From the NCBI RefSeq assembly GCF_964204865.1, contig NC_135251.1, positions 18,538,001-18,602,000 on the forward strand: 64,000 nucleotides of DNA, written 5' to 3'. The position numbers and the translations under genes were made by a program. Under the pieces are notes generated by a model. The model was given only the letters and a program-made list of their open reading frames with translations. It had not been told where the DNA came from and did no database searches. Source of the stretch: Styela clava. Taxonomy: Eukaryota. Numbering within the stretch: the stretch's first letter is position 1; each line of letters starts with the position of its first letter. Positions 12,001 through 26,044 of the stretch are shown here, piece after piece.

Positions 12001-13631
12001 CAGAAGATGTCTACTTATGGAAAAAAATCAGGTACCGTAAAGAATGACACACTGGGTGTTATAATATAGAATAGTTACATTAGGTCGATATGAATGAACA
12101 CCAACAAATGACAGAAGTGTGCGACACAGGTTATAGCGTGTCGAACTTATTGGGCACGAAGATGACCAATGAATAGTTCTAATATTATGTTATTGTTGTT
12201 AGAATTCTTGTTTTCGTTGTCGTGAAAATATCGATTTCCTCCTTAATTACTGGACCAATTGCTCTGTGGTTAAAGATTGTTGTCGCCTAGAAGGCTATTA
12301 CTTTTATTTGTTCCTAATTTCCTATTAGATCAGATATTTCATCTAAATTCCGTTTTTTTTTTTTTATTCATGGGAATACGTTTTCGACAACGTTAGGACT
12401 GCCTTACGTTTTGATTTCGCGAACTGAAGCTACGCGAAAGTCCGAGGTTATTTTATACCGCATTGTAGACTAGGTACTGTAGATTATTAACTATTCGACC
12501 ATTTGCTTTCAAATTTTCAGTAGTTAAAGATTGTAATATTCACTAGAAGGCTATTGCAAAAATGTTTCCTCGTTTTAATTATGGATACTAGGTTGTGTTT
12601 TAGAAAAGTCTTTCGGAATATCTTAGTCCTGCCAGTCTGCGTAATCATTTAATTTTATAAGTGCTTTAGATTCATATTGGCCTTATTGGGTTGAATGAAC
12701 TGATTTTTTATTCAAAATTTGATACTAATTATTAATTGCATGTATTATTCCCATGCTTTATAACACACGAGTCCCAAATATATTTAAGTGAGCCAATTTG
12801 ACTGTCTCTTCCAACCAATAATCTGGCATCTGTGAATTCTCCCGCATGTCGCTCCCATCTTTCTGGGTTTGTTTTGTGAGAGCACCTCTGTCATTGAGAA
12901 TTTTTTAAGTTCTATTTTTCATTTTTTTTTTATTTCAAGTTTGAATAGAAATCAATATCTGGCGTGGTCTTCCATTATTGCTTTGTAATGATCCATTCAG
13001 TAAGAAACCTGCAATATAGATGCCCCCTTTTAACCTTGCATTGAAAGTTTCCATTTATTTTACACAAATTATAAATTGACAAAGCAAAGAATACTTTAAA
13101 ACGCGAAATTTTCGCCCTAAGACGGCATCGCAATTGTTATAGATAACATTAGATAATTGTAGTGAGTTTTAGTACGACTAAAAAAAATCAAAAAGTCAAT
13201 ATTACATTAAACATCACATAAAAAGAAAATTTTGTATATCTTACAACGGGAGCCATATCATAACTTTTATTTATATTTCTGAACAAATAGGTTTCTTCTC
13301 CATTGCTGATATGTTCAGCCAAAAACAAAACAGTTACAGTGGAATTTCTTGTAAGTTGGTTTTCCCACCCAACTCTGACTCATTAATAAGTATTTCGAAT
13401 TTAAAGTAATAGTTCAATTTTACGAGGCTTCATTTTACGTTATTTCAATTGGCATGTATCCAAAGAACTAGCCACACAATATAATTAGTTCTGTATGACG
13501 GCACAAAGAGCTGCAAACATCAATAACGATATAACAGAAATCACTCAAATAGGCATTCGTCACATCCTTAATCAATGAAGATTGATTTCAAGTGAGTAGT
13601 TTTGAACGAGGCGGCATGGTCAAATAATTCT

Positions 13632-16600
13632 TTAAATTTGATTTGTTCCGCCGACCCATACTCCACCAAACAACTCTTCGGAAGGTTCGGATTCATCATA
13701 TGACCTTAGAAGCATCGTTTCTGGATTATTAGCTGTCTGAAGTCTGTCTTCTTTATTGTCTATTTGGATGCTTCTAATACAATTTTTTCCTGAGTCATCT
13801 CGTGTCATGAGACGTGAAGTTGCATGAAACACCGACCCGTGGTCAGAAGTCCTATCAAAGTTTTTCAGGGAGGAATCTCTTCTTTTTCCACTTGTCATTT
13901 GATTTTCCGATAATACGCCTGCCATAAAAGATAAGGCACAATACAACATTAGATTGGTTCCACATGAAAACCAATCTATTGTTATCCTATTCTGAACGAA
14001 CATTTTGCTGTGACTGCTAGTAGTGAATCGGGAAGCATGCGACTGAAGGTGGTCCTAAAAGGGGATCAATGTGGCTGAGGGTATCTTAAATTTGCGATGC
14101 CAAAATGGTTAGGTATACCCGTCGATAATTCATTATTTTAGCAGTATAATAGCTTTTCCACAAAAACAATGCGTGTTTACATGAAAAAATAAAATAATTA
14201 ATATGGTAAGCAACCTCGTCTTTGTTTCGTTCGTTCAGATCCATCCGCATTAGATCTGAAATATGTGGACAACGTCCTGGATCTGATTACCGATCTTCCA
14301 CTAACAAAAAAATATAATATATGATTCTCTTTTTCGGCATCTCCATCGGCATATTTGTATTCATCATTATTTCAAATCTTCACTCCGAATAATGCTCTAT
14401 AGCAGCGGTTCCCAAACTATGGGTCGCGACCCACTGGTGGGTCGCAAAAGGAATCTTAGTGGGTCGTGAAAAGATGTGAAAAGCTTTGATTATTTGTACT
14501 GGTTATTAGGATCAGTGGCGAATGGAATACGTAAATCTTCAAAAAAAAAAGGAATTAAATTGAATTTAAATTCTAATCTGTGAAAGTTTCCTTTTTACGA
14601 TCTTCTCAAAGGAACAAAAATTTGCTACACAAAGAATGACCATGTGGCTTTTTCACGCAAGCAGTTTTGTACACTGTACAGCACTTCTTACCGTTTTCCC
14701 CAAAATTTAGACAGGGTTTAGATTTATTTTCGTTTGAAGAATAACACCATGTTTTTTTTTGAAAGAGGTCTTTTGGGTTCATTTATCGAAAATAAAATTA
14801 CATTGTAGAAAATCACGAGATTTTTTAATAAACATTATATAAAAACCGACATCCATTCTTTTTATTTGTATTTCCTATACAAAAATCAAGTGACAAATAT
14901 TATAATTGTGATTGTGACATCACGCAATCTTGAATTGTGGTGTGATCCTCACCTTACCTCAGGTCATTGAACCTTTCCTCTCCCACTCATTTTAAATTTA
15001 TTTTAAGGGTAGGGTTTAATCAAAATCATTTTTAAAATTTAAACTAGGTCTTGTTTTCAGGCCAGGTCTTATTTTCGAGGAAACACGGTAGCTTTGCAAT
15101 GATTAGCCATTGCTGTGTTATGTCACCAAAAAAATAAAAGAATATAAATGGGTCGCCATAAGATGTGGTAATAAATAGTGGGTCGCAACTCTATAAAGTT
15201 TGGGAACCACTGCTCTATAGTACAGCCAGGAACCAGCTATATACACATGCGAAGCTATCATCATTCAGAAGGCTGAATTTTTCGCAGTTTGGCATCGTCT
15301 ACTAAATTTGATTGTACCCTGACTCCTGAGTTGGAACTTATGATGGTTAAACCTGTTTTGTTAATATATGTAGTTTAACATTATACCCATCAATGAAATA
15401 CCAGATATCTGCATAAATATTCCATTGAGCAATTTTGAACCACGATTCAAAAGTTTGTGAGAGAAATTTAATATCAGGGGGTTCATTGAATTTTTTTGCA
15501 TTTCATCTTCTGGAATAGCTTTCATTGTTAATGTTGGAGTGCCCAATGCAGAAATATTTCATATATGGGTGTTGTTGAATAATTGTTAATAGGGGTTCCG
15601 TGATGAGCCCAAACGCATAACAGGGGTTCATCGCATTACACACTAAGGCTATTGTTTTTCTTTTCATATTACAAATTTGTAAGAGATGAATGAAACAACG
15701 TAATTTCGATTTCATCGCAAGTAAACACCCAGGACTCCCAAGTTTCATAATGTTGGTGATAGGGTATTGCAGACGGTTGCGCAATCAGTTCAATGCGATA
15801 CATCATTTTTCAATGGTCCAAGTCTAAAAATTAAAATGAATAAAAAGAGTCCGCGGTTGTCAATGATTTATTTATCTTAGTTTATCAATTAACAGTGCCG
15901 AAAAATATATAGATTTTCAGACAGCTTGAGTTCAATTAGATAAGTTGTTTTCAAATATTCTTGGCTTTTTCAAAGTATGGTACAGTTTTCAAGAATGGGC
16001 TTGTGTGGCTTATGGCAAGTAAACGCTTAAACAAATAATACCACTAAAAACATGGTATGGTATACTGTCGCTAAACATATAGCATGACCATATAGTTACG
16101 TAATAGATACTTCAACCGTGCTTCCCAACACCCGAATGCATGTGTTGTGACATGTTGTGCGACTTTTAATTCAATTTTACGACTTTGTCACATTTTGATC
16201 ATAATAAATTACAATCAAAATACGAAATCTTTAATATAGAAAATATTCAATAGATCAAAAGGTTGCAACAAACGGCAACTATCCCATTATTTTTTAATGC
16301 TTTCTTGTATATTCTCACTTTTCGGCACGATCGGCGTTTTCGACGTTGTGCTCTATAACTACGTGACACTTAGGATCAAAATTCGTCTGACATGAATTCA
16401 ATAACATAACATTCAATAACGTAATACTGTGATCAGCATACGCACGCCGTGTGAAACAAAATTCAGGCATTCAGCTTACAGTTGGTCCGGCCCTAAGCGC
16501 CACCATAATTTTTTTGTTTTTGCCCATTGTAATAAACAGTTGCCCGTCCCTGCTATATATATTTGATAAGGAGAATAAATATGAAATGTATCGTTGCGTG

Positions 16601-19600
16601 TATATTTTGTGGCTAACTCTAAATTAATAAGTTAAAACGTGTGTCACCTGAAATTCTGCTTCAACTTGAAACAACCTAAAGCTTTGGATACTTGTGTTCG
16701 AAGTGCAGAACCGACACAGGCATATATGATTGGATTCATGACGGAATTTGCGAATCCAAGACAAACTGTTATCATATGAATGCACCGAATTGTTCTAAAA
16801 AAATAGCAGTATATCATTAACCATCTATTCGAGTAACATTGAACATTTCCAAAATATGCATTCAAGTAGAAGCCAAATGTGTATATTGCTCTCACTGGAT
16901 CTTTATGCTAGTATTCTTTATTTGTATAAAAATCGACTAAGCGGGATTTGTCTACTTCTACATTTTAGTGAGCCATTCCTATATCTCAAGTAGTGAGGTA
17001 TATTTGTATATAGCAAAGTGCATTTCATCCTTGTATGTGTAATAATAATTATAGGAAAGTGTTCAAGTTTGGTTCAAGATTGTAAATGATAAAAGTAATA
17101 AAAAACATATTTACAAAAAGCAGCCTGGATAATTGAGTACAAGGCTCTAATTGTTTTAGTTTTTTTCCGTTTATGGGTGAAATTATCCTAAAATCCAAAT
17201 GCATTTTATTAACTTCATATTTACTTGATACATAAAGCTTGAGATGATTCCTTCTCCTCCGGTATTTTTTCCGCGAAGTTACCAGATTCAGTAGTATGGT
17301 CCATACTAGTTGTTAGAACATTGTTTGATAAGTAGATTGTCGTTGTCTCACTTATAGGATTAAGATGGGAAGTTCGATATCGTGGGGTGCTGTACATAGC
17401 GGTTTGTGTTATCTCTAATTTCGACGAAATCTTTCCCTGATCGAAATTTTCGGTCTAAAATTGAGTTTTAAATTACGTTAAAAAATCACTTCAAAGCATC
17501 CTCGTTCTCTTGCCAGGATTGAGGAACTTGTTTTTTGTTTAAATCTGATCGAATATTCCGACTAGGCGCTAAAAATTAATAATCCAATGGCCCTTAAAAG
17601 CCTATGTTTGTATATACGTCTTGTAATCCACGTATCATCCAATGACGTAAAATGTAATCATGTAATCTGTATGTAAACTACGAAATTGAAACCAGCGTCA
17701 CTGGGTCCATATTCTAGGATAAATAAAGAACTAAGAATTTGGTTTCTGTCACTTTTCTACTTAAGTATATGGAAGAAATATTTCGGAAATATCCAACCCA
17801 TAAATAACTACATTGTCCAAAATTTCATCAGGGGTTCCACATATCACTTATACCTTGTCTGACGTCGCCTACTTCAACGAGGTTGTGCTCGCTTCAAGAA
17901 TGGCGATTTTAAATAAAATATCAATTTCATAACCACCTAAATCATGAATGCGAAAAAAAAAATGTGTAATCTAAATTTCAAATTAATAACGCATCGTAAT
18001 ATTTTCTCTTCGATATCTGATATTCTAGTCAATTTGATTAATTATTCCTAAATCAGTTCATATCACATTTAATTAGCTGATCATGTTTGAAAATAAATTA
18101 TTGGTGACACGTTATTCAACCTACCGTAGTTTCATTTAATCCCCAACCTGACGAGATAAAACGATCGGAAGAACCAATCGTTTGTGTTGCATTCACGTCA
18201 ATCGCGGTTGGCGTTGGACAATAACGAAATAAACCAACCAAGCTCATAAAATGAGTAAAGTTAGTTACCTATAATAAAAATAATTTAATATTTAACTTTG
18301 CATAAATGGTGGCAAAAATAAACGTATTTGCATGTATATTGTTTCTGACCTATTTCCTTGAAATACATTAGGGCAGCAAACAAAAGTGGGTGTAATTGTA
18401 TTTGTACCGCTGCCACTGCAAAGAACTATATATACTTCCACATCTCATGAGATTTAATAATATCAAGTTCAAGAGCTTTTCGCCATTTAATAGTTCTACG
18501 ATAAATGCATGATTGTTGAGCCGCAGATCTATTTATCGGCATTCCATCAACTCTTTGTAGTACTCAAAAATAGTCAGAATAAATTATGGGATTAACGCTA
18601 TCAAATGCATTCACAGTCTATAAAAACAAAATATGGTATCAACAGCTGCAGTGATAATGTTTGATTTCGACATGGGTTCTTGAAATTAAATTTTATAAAT
18701 AAACATATGTTCATATCATATTATTCATCGATTTGATATATAAATCGTTTCAGAAGTATTTAGAAGGCATAGTTAGCTGTGATTTTGGGATGGTAAAATA
18801 ACTCATTGCGTTTTTGATAGCATTTATATTAACTGCAATTTCCGAGTAAAATTGTGCTATTTTCTAAATTAAATTTGACGGCCCTATTTATAAGCTAAGT
18901 TTCCTTGTAGCAGAGACAAATCCCAACGTACCGGTTTGCGAAACAAAAGAGACATTTCGCAGTTTTTATGCTAGTCTAACATTTTAACCAGCATGTATGT
19001 AAGTATAAACTAATTGAAAAAACTGTAATTTCCTCTCATTTTCTAGTAAATGTAAAGCAAACAGAGACAATTTGTGCTTTGACTGATTGCTTAGTCATAT
19101 ATCCTTGCTTTATCGTGCTTGATAAAGCACGGTTAAGTGGTGTATTTTTGAAGTCTCACAATCCAAAGACTTCGACAAACTGTATATTTATTGACATATG
19201 CGATCGTCTAATCTTTGTACGATTTAGTATAATGTTGTTTAAACCACCCTAAAACCCTATGCCCTCGCGTAAACTACTTTATAATAGATATATCATAATT
19301 TAGGTAACATCTCGACATTCTCGTAAACGTTCAGTTCAAAATATTTTCTATGCAGAAGTCCCGATCATTTGAAATAACCGGGTCTTACCATTTATGCTGT
19401 ATTAAGTGATTCTACTTTTATAATATTTTTTTCGTGTAAATTAGATAAAAAGCTAGGAAATAATTTGAATATGACCACATATCATTAACGAAAATATCAC
19501 CAAAAATTGCATTTGTATCTTTAAAAAATTCAACAATTTTATTTTTGGCAATATACAGCCTTTAATTTTTAGGTCGAAGTCCAATAATGTAAAAAGCCGA

Positions 19601-22600
19601 CTTTCATGTCACAATAAAATGATTTGCAGGCTGCAGTTATAAATTGCACAATTAGTATACATTTACACCTTTTATGTACTTATTTCCTTATTTTGCAGTA
19701 GCTCCCAATTTATGCATATTGTTTCTACGGACACTTGTTCAGAGCGAAAACGTGAAACATTTTTTTAAAAAATTATAAATTAAAAATATAAAACTTACTT
19801 GATTTGGCAGCCAAGCAATTACAAAGCAAATGATGACTAGAGCAACCATTTTTGTTATTCTCGATAAACCTGAAAAATAATAAAATATCAGTCTCAGAAG
19901 TGGGTCTAATTTAAGGCGTAATATGTGTTTTATATGCCATTAAACATAAGGTATCGTATAAATCATGATTAAAAAAAACTGAAGGAGAATTTAACCATTT
20001 GAGCGAAAATGTCAATAATACCTTTGTATTTCTTTCCTTTATTCTTGCTTCTTTTTTTCATGAATACGAGAATACTGATGTAGCAATACAGAATGATGGA
20101 CAGAGGAATAACAAAACCAATCAATGTACGCGAAAGAGCATAAACCACATTCAATTGTGAACGAAAGTTGTTCGGAAAAATCCATGCACATCGTTCCCTG
20201 CAAAAATTATAATATTGTTAAAATGTTAAACCTGTAAATTTTTTTTCGTAACTAGCTTTTGTAGTGAATTTCATTCCAAGAACAACGTATGGTGAGGATA
20301 TGTTGATTGTTTATCATTTTAAAAATTGTAGACTTTTATTGTCGCATATTGCTTTCGTACAGGAGGAGGTTACACCATGACAAAAATCATTCAAGACAAA
20401 TCTGACAGCTTGTCCCTGGCGTGGGTGGCTACAATAAAAATTGCAATTTAAACAGAACGAGTGAAATTTATGAAAAATCGATATCTTCCCAATTTTACTC
20501 ACATATTAAGTGAGTTTTATACAACAAATTAAATTTATTTCAGAAGGTGATAATTAGAACGCAAGGACTCTGACCCGTCAGTTATCGAAGGTAACGATTA
20601 ATATACGTACATTCAATAAACAATTTTCTGTTTTCAAATTTTATCTTGCTTCCGTGGACAACTTTTTATACCAAATTTTTAGACCCCCTCTCCGTAAAAA
20701 ACTCTGTGTACACAGTTAACGATTTGTCACAAGCTACTATTTTTGTATTTATCAATGTTAACTAACCACCTTTATTACATCAAGGGTGAAGTAGTGGGCA
20801 TGAATCTTGAGACTGGGAACTTTAACCTGTGAACCAAGATAGTTAAAGGCTATTGTATCAATAGTAAATGTAATGTATTTGAACAAACCTATCTTCTCCC
20901 AGTACTAATGTATTACGAAATGCTAATGGGAAAATGGTGAATATGAGGCACACCGTCCAAACAATTCCAGTATTTATCCAGGCTCTTCGTACCGTCCTAG
21001 TTTTTCTGCTTTGAACAGCCTGAAAATAATATTATACGTATACCAATAGAACGAGAATATTGAATTATTAAGAAGATGAGAACTGTTGTTTTTTGGACAG
21101 GGAAAAAAATCGAAATTTATTTTCGTATTGAAAACTTGTTATACAGTAGTATAGGATACGTTTTTGAGCATGAATATCCACTGAATATCACAAATTCGAC
21201 TGACTAATAATTTTAATAAAAGTTCAATCTTTATTTGTTATTTGTATATGGGATTATATTTTCCTTATTATATATCGCCCACATACGTAATTGTATGATT
21301 TAATATATGATCGACATGATAGTCATTTCCCTTAATTGCGCAGTCTATCCGATCAATCAAGCACCTGTTTAGATAGCAAGTCAAACATAGAATGTAATAT
21401 ACCTGGACGACAGCTAACCAACGGTCTAATCCCATAGCTGTCAGAAAGAAGATCGATCCGTACATGTTGAAAAAGGATACGGCGCTCAAAATCTGAAATA
21501 AAAACTGTTGATTATTTCAAAAGTTCAAAGTTTGTTTTACTTGAAGCCGGCATTCCAGGCCCATGAGTGTACTACCCGCAAATACTTCTGTCCATAAAAA
21601 TGAACAGTTTTTATATCATGCTTAACAAAAGCTATCGGAGTGGGGTGCTATCAAAGCGAGGGATAATTTGTTCAAATAACTTGATCATACTAATTATTAG
21701 AATTTGAGATGATGTTTCGGTCGCAAGTCAGTCGCCGTTAGTTTGATTCTAGGGATTAGCTTAGAAAAGAGAGCGCCACAAGCTCGCAATGAGCTGCAAC
21801 GTATTAAATACGCACGCACATGAATTAACTAATTCTTATGGGAAATGGAATTCATCATCTGGAAAATTGCATGGTCGTATTTTGTCACAATTATGTAATC
21901 GGATTTAAGTTCGGCTGTACGGTCCGTAGCGTGCAAGATTAGTCCGCATCAATGTATGGACATTTTATCCTTCAGGAGTTTTTGTATAGCAACTTCGTTT
22001 ATTTGCTGGCACAATTATAGAACGTGTAAGTACAATGACGAAAAGGTTTAAAGTAATTAAGAAAGTCTCTGCTGAATCTGAAAAATCTCGGTTCATCTAG
22101 TAAAATTTAAGCAACGAGCTGTATAGAGTTTTTTGGAAGTCAATATCTCAAAAATAACTAGAAATAAATTCCACATATATATATATATTAAAATCAATCA
22201 CATAGCCTAAAGCTTTCATACACACGGTATTGTATTACAGAAAGCACAAATGCTAATATAACGTAATAAGCAGACGATATTTTTCAATATTAAATCACGT
22301 TTTTATAATTGTTGGAAAAAAATATGACTTGGTAGGTTTTTCATCTAGTTTCTAGGAGTAATAAATTCAAATCAATTGTCATGAAACATGTGATAACGTT
22401 CAGAAATTCATCTATAGATACTAGAAATAAGACAATAGTATAAGATAAGGCACGGTGGTTCGATGAATCGCAGTCTGTACCACGTGTTACAATTGCAGTG
22501 GCAATTTTCACATGCTGTGTAATTTTGTGCTGAGAGTTATTTAATTGCCATTCAAAATGGGACGAAATAATACTGAACCTTTTCTAAAAATAATTGCGGT

Positions 22601-24436
22601 CTGCGTTAAAAATTAGCTTTATCTCACTCGGTAAAAAGTAGCATAATATGATACTTCAAAAAGAATGTTACGCGAAGCGAGATCAATTCACCTGTGTTGT
22701 ATTTTCTTGGTAATATTTTGCTTTGTATTTTAATTTATATGGTACTCCATAGCTCGTTCGCATGTTAAAGGAAACTGTCACCAAGTGTAACTAAATTGTT
22801 GGCATTGCTTTTCACTTAAACTATTCCAGTCTACAAGCTGTCGAATTTCATAAAACTAGCTGAACATTTTCAAAAAAGCATGTTGGATTTAGGTAAGATG
22901 CATTTAACACTGCTCCCTTGAGACAAAATTTGCATTAATGGGAGAGCACTGATTCAATATTTGTTGAAATTGTGAAATGCCAGATGCTAAATTGTTGACG
23001 ATAAGTCACCACAGCTACTTCATGATGGTATCTCAATGTGATATTCATTTTTTAATATTCATTTGTCATAAAGTACACCGAACGTTTAGAAGTTTTTATA
23101 TGCAATTGTGTATATTTGAATTTTGCTGGGATTCTTAATAATAAAAGTGTCCTTAAACGACATTTATGAGTGTCTTCAAGATTTTGATAAAGTGATATTG
23201 TGGACATCAAATCGCCGATCCATCGTGTGATAATTGTGCAGCTCCGTTGAACGTAAAAATGAACAAAATCAATTATGCTACTAAAATGGGGTTTTGGCTT
23301 TGTAGTGGTAATATTTGTGCCAACAGTAAGTGCTAAGTTTCGGAGCATTTGGGTGCCGTGTCCTATGTGTTTGTGTCTGTCACCCGGCCAAATTAAAATC
23401 TACAATCGGCGTTGGGTAGTATAAAGAAGAATACATTACTTCGTGATGCAGCGCTATAACGCAATGCGGAGTAGAGCGTTATTACAATTTTGAAACGGGT
23501 TGAACAATTTAGCCCAATTTTTTTTATTTCATATCTAGAACCTTACTGAATTGTGCTATACATCATGCCTGATATTCCGCACAAATTTAAATTGACAAAT
23601 GTGTTTTCAGCATGTGAAATAATAAACAATCCAAAATATACAAAAATTCCATTTACATTATCTAAACAAAGACGGCTGATCTCAAAATTGTTTAATGTCA
23701 ATTTACTGCTATGACGCCGTCGACAGTGCGAAAAGGTTAGCAAAATCGCTGTCAAATGAGATATTCTAATTTCAGATGTGACAGTATAGCATTGAATTTC
23801 TCAACTAATAACAAAGATATTCAATGAAAGTTTATAGTAAATCATAACCTTGCATAATGCATCTCCAAATATCCAATTGTCCCAAAATAGTTCGTGCGCC
23901 CAGAAAGGAAGCGTTGAAACGAATAGTAAATCCGCAATAGACAAGTTTGTAACGTAAACATCAGTAACGGACTTTGTCTAAAAATACAAATCTCTGGCTG
24001 ATTAATTTTAGGAGTAGAATCAATATCAATTATACAATCAACAATTGACTTCGACAACATTTTATATCTAGAGATTGTCTACTCATGTAACCCGAGACGA
24101 AAATTAAGTTTTGTAACCGTATGCACAGCTGTGTACAAATAGTAGTGAAGATCGGTAAAATAAGTGAATTTTTAACTAGTTTTAGTTTGTTTTCTGTGAT
24201 GGCGACTCAAATGGTATTTCCAGTAGTAGTTTATCCATTTTACAACTATATCTACTTTTTGCCTTCTAATTTCACAAATGTTCTATTTTTATGAGTTCCG
24301 CGGTTATAGTATCTAGCTCACTCACCTTCACGAAAAAAGTCATTACATAGATAACCAGTCCATTGCCAAATATTCCTACAACAGCCAAAACACAGTATGT
24401 TGTTGGTACTATCATGCGTTCCACCACGACATCCAT
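13632..24436 (-). CDS. Class A GPCR, angiotensin II type-1/chemoattractant-receptor-like, ~533 aa, with greatly enlarged ECL3
   Basis: Eleven phase-consistent GT-AG exons: 24436-24326 (TM1 [20 protein letters not shown]), 23977-23849 ([22 protein letters not shown]), 21492-21403 ([17 protein letters not shown]), 21019-20889 (TM4), 20197-20022 (ECL2 Cys, GFVIPL), 19869-19799 (AWLPNQ), 18268-18125, 17454-17225, 16794-16648 (NSVMNPIIY), 14300-14215 and 13918-13632. The last two exons are less certain. Confidence 0.9.
14403..15212. mobile_element. hAT (Charlie/SPIN-like) non-autonomous element in a GPCR intron
   Basis: TIRs are CAGCGGTTCCCAAACT and AGTTTGGGAACCACTG. A perfect 8-bp TSD CTCTATAG lies at 14395-14402 and 15213-15220. 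Subterminal GGGTCGC motifs are present. Confidence 0.92.
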
Positions 24437-26044
24437 CTTAATAACCCGATAATTCTAGCGGATAGCAGCAGAAGTATTTGCCTGAGAAATGCATAGATCT
24501 AAGTGGATGACATAAAAAAGCAATTTTCTATACCGTCTAAGTCGATTCACGTATTAAATAAAAAAAAAACACTCAGCGAATATAGATACTGGAACGCTAT
24601 TTACTTGATATGAGAACTTGCTCGCATGCAGCCGGAAAACGCGAGACACCTTGAATATGTGAATTATATGGTCGAAGTTTAAATTTACGCTATTATAGTG
24701 CGTTTCATTTTTTTCCATCAGCCGTGAAAGTTTAAAAATGATATTGTAAATTGAATACGTCCCTCAGCGATGCATAAACTATATTTATTAGACGGATTTA
24801 GTTTCAAACTCAATTAGGTTTACAATCAATAATCGATAAACACTGTCGGAATACGACGAAAACAAACTATTACAAAAGAGAAACATAATTTGAACACTAC
24901 ATAATTGATTTTTTTTTAAACTTCAGGTGTAACGACAAATTCTAAATAGAGCCCTTAAACATGGGGTTCTCACCCGAGGGTAAATTCATCATTGAAGAGG
25001 GAACTCATTGCAATCAGTTGTAGTGGTCTCACAGTTACAGGCACTATTCCACATAAAATTCCGTCTTTCAAATTCCCTTTTTGCCCCTTGACATTTTATA
25101 TGTATTTGTAGAAATAAATCTCTATAATTCCCTGCCTTGTAATGTAAAGTAATATAAAGGGTGAAATACAGTCAAACTTTGCATACATCAAACTACAAAG
25201 GTGAATATACAAACATAGATCGAGCGTTCAAGCACACTGAATAAATCATGACATAAGGATCACAGATTCCTATCAAGCAAAGTTGTTTATTGTGGCGTAG
25301 TCAATAGAAAGTGACGTCATACTCAAACGCGTTTCCGCCACCCGCACTCTCACATTACAAAAAAAATTGTCAATTCTCGTGCCCCACCTCAAAAATACCT
25401 TCCAAACAATAAGCTACAAATAAAATATAGTAAGGCGAAAGTATGTTTCATTCAGAAAACACGTTGAGGATACGTGGATGGAACGTAAATAATGAAATAA
25501 ATGAGGTTTTTAAAACAAGCAAAACTTGTTGTTCTTTTTTTTATTAGTGCAGTTGTTTTTGACTGACAAGATGTTTCATTCGAGGTTTTGTGGTGGATAA
25601 CGCACATCGTGAATCTAACAAATATTGGAGGGTATTCGATGGCTTTTGTGGTTCAATAGGGCGGGCAAGATCAAATCTTTTTATTTTAAATTAGCTTCGC
25701 GCCTGCTCAAAAATTGTCCACGCCCTCTTGTGGGGCGCGCCCACCGTTTGAGAACCACTGCTGTATAGTTTCACTGCACGATAGCAATCGCGGAAACTCT
25801 TCCACGCAGTCTTTTGAACGAATAATGGCCTATACCCAGGATCGCCATCTACTTATAATAATAATTAACATCGTCCCTTATTTTCACAGAAGCTTTATAC
25901 GCGAAACATGAACGAGTCATCCATGTTTCTTAGGACAAAATAAGCACACAGATCAAAGATAAGCACTTTTCTTAGAAATAAGCACATCGTTACCTCATAA
26001 GACGCGAGATAGAAAATAACCACAGATCTTAGAAATAAGCACGA

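Noticed and set aside
15361-15784. ORFs with NAMNP / NSMNPLI resembling a duplicated GPCR TM7
   Set aside because: The two motifs are in different frames, there is no NPxxY or TM context, and no splice sites fit. At most this is an unidentified decayed fragment.
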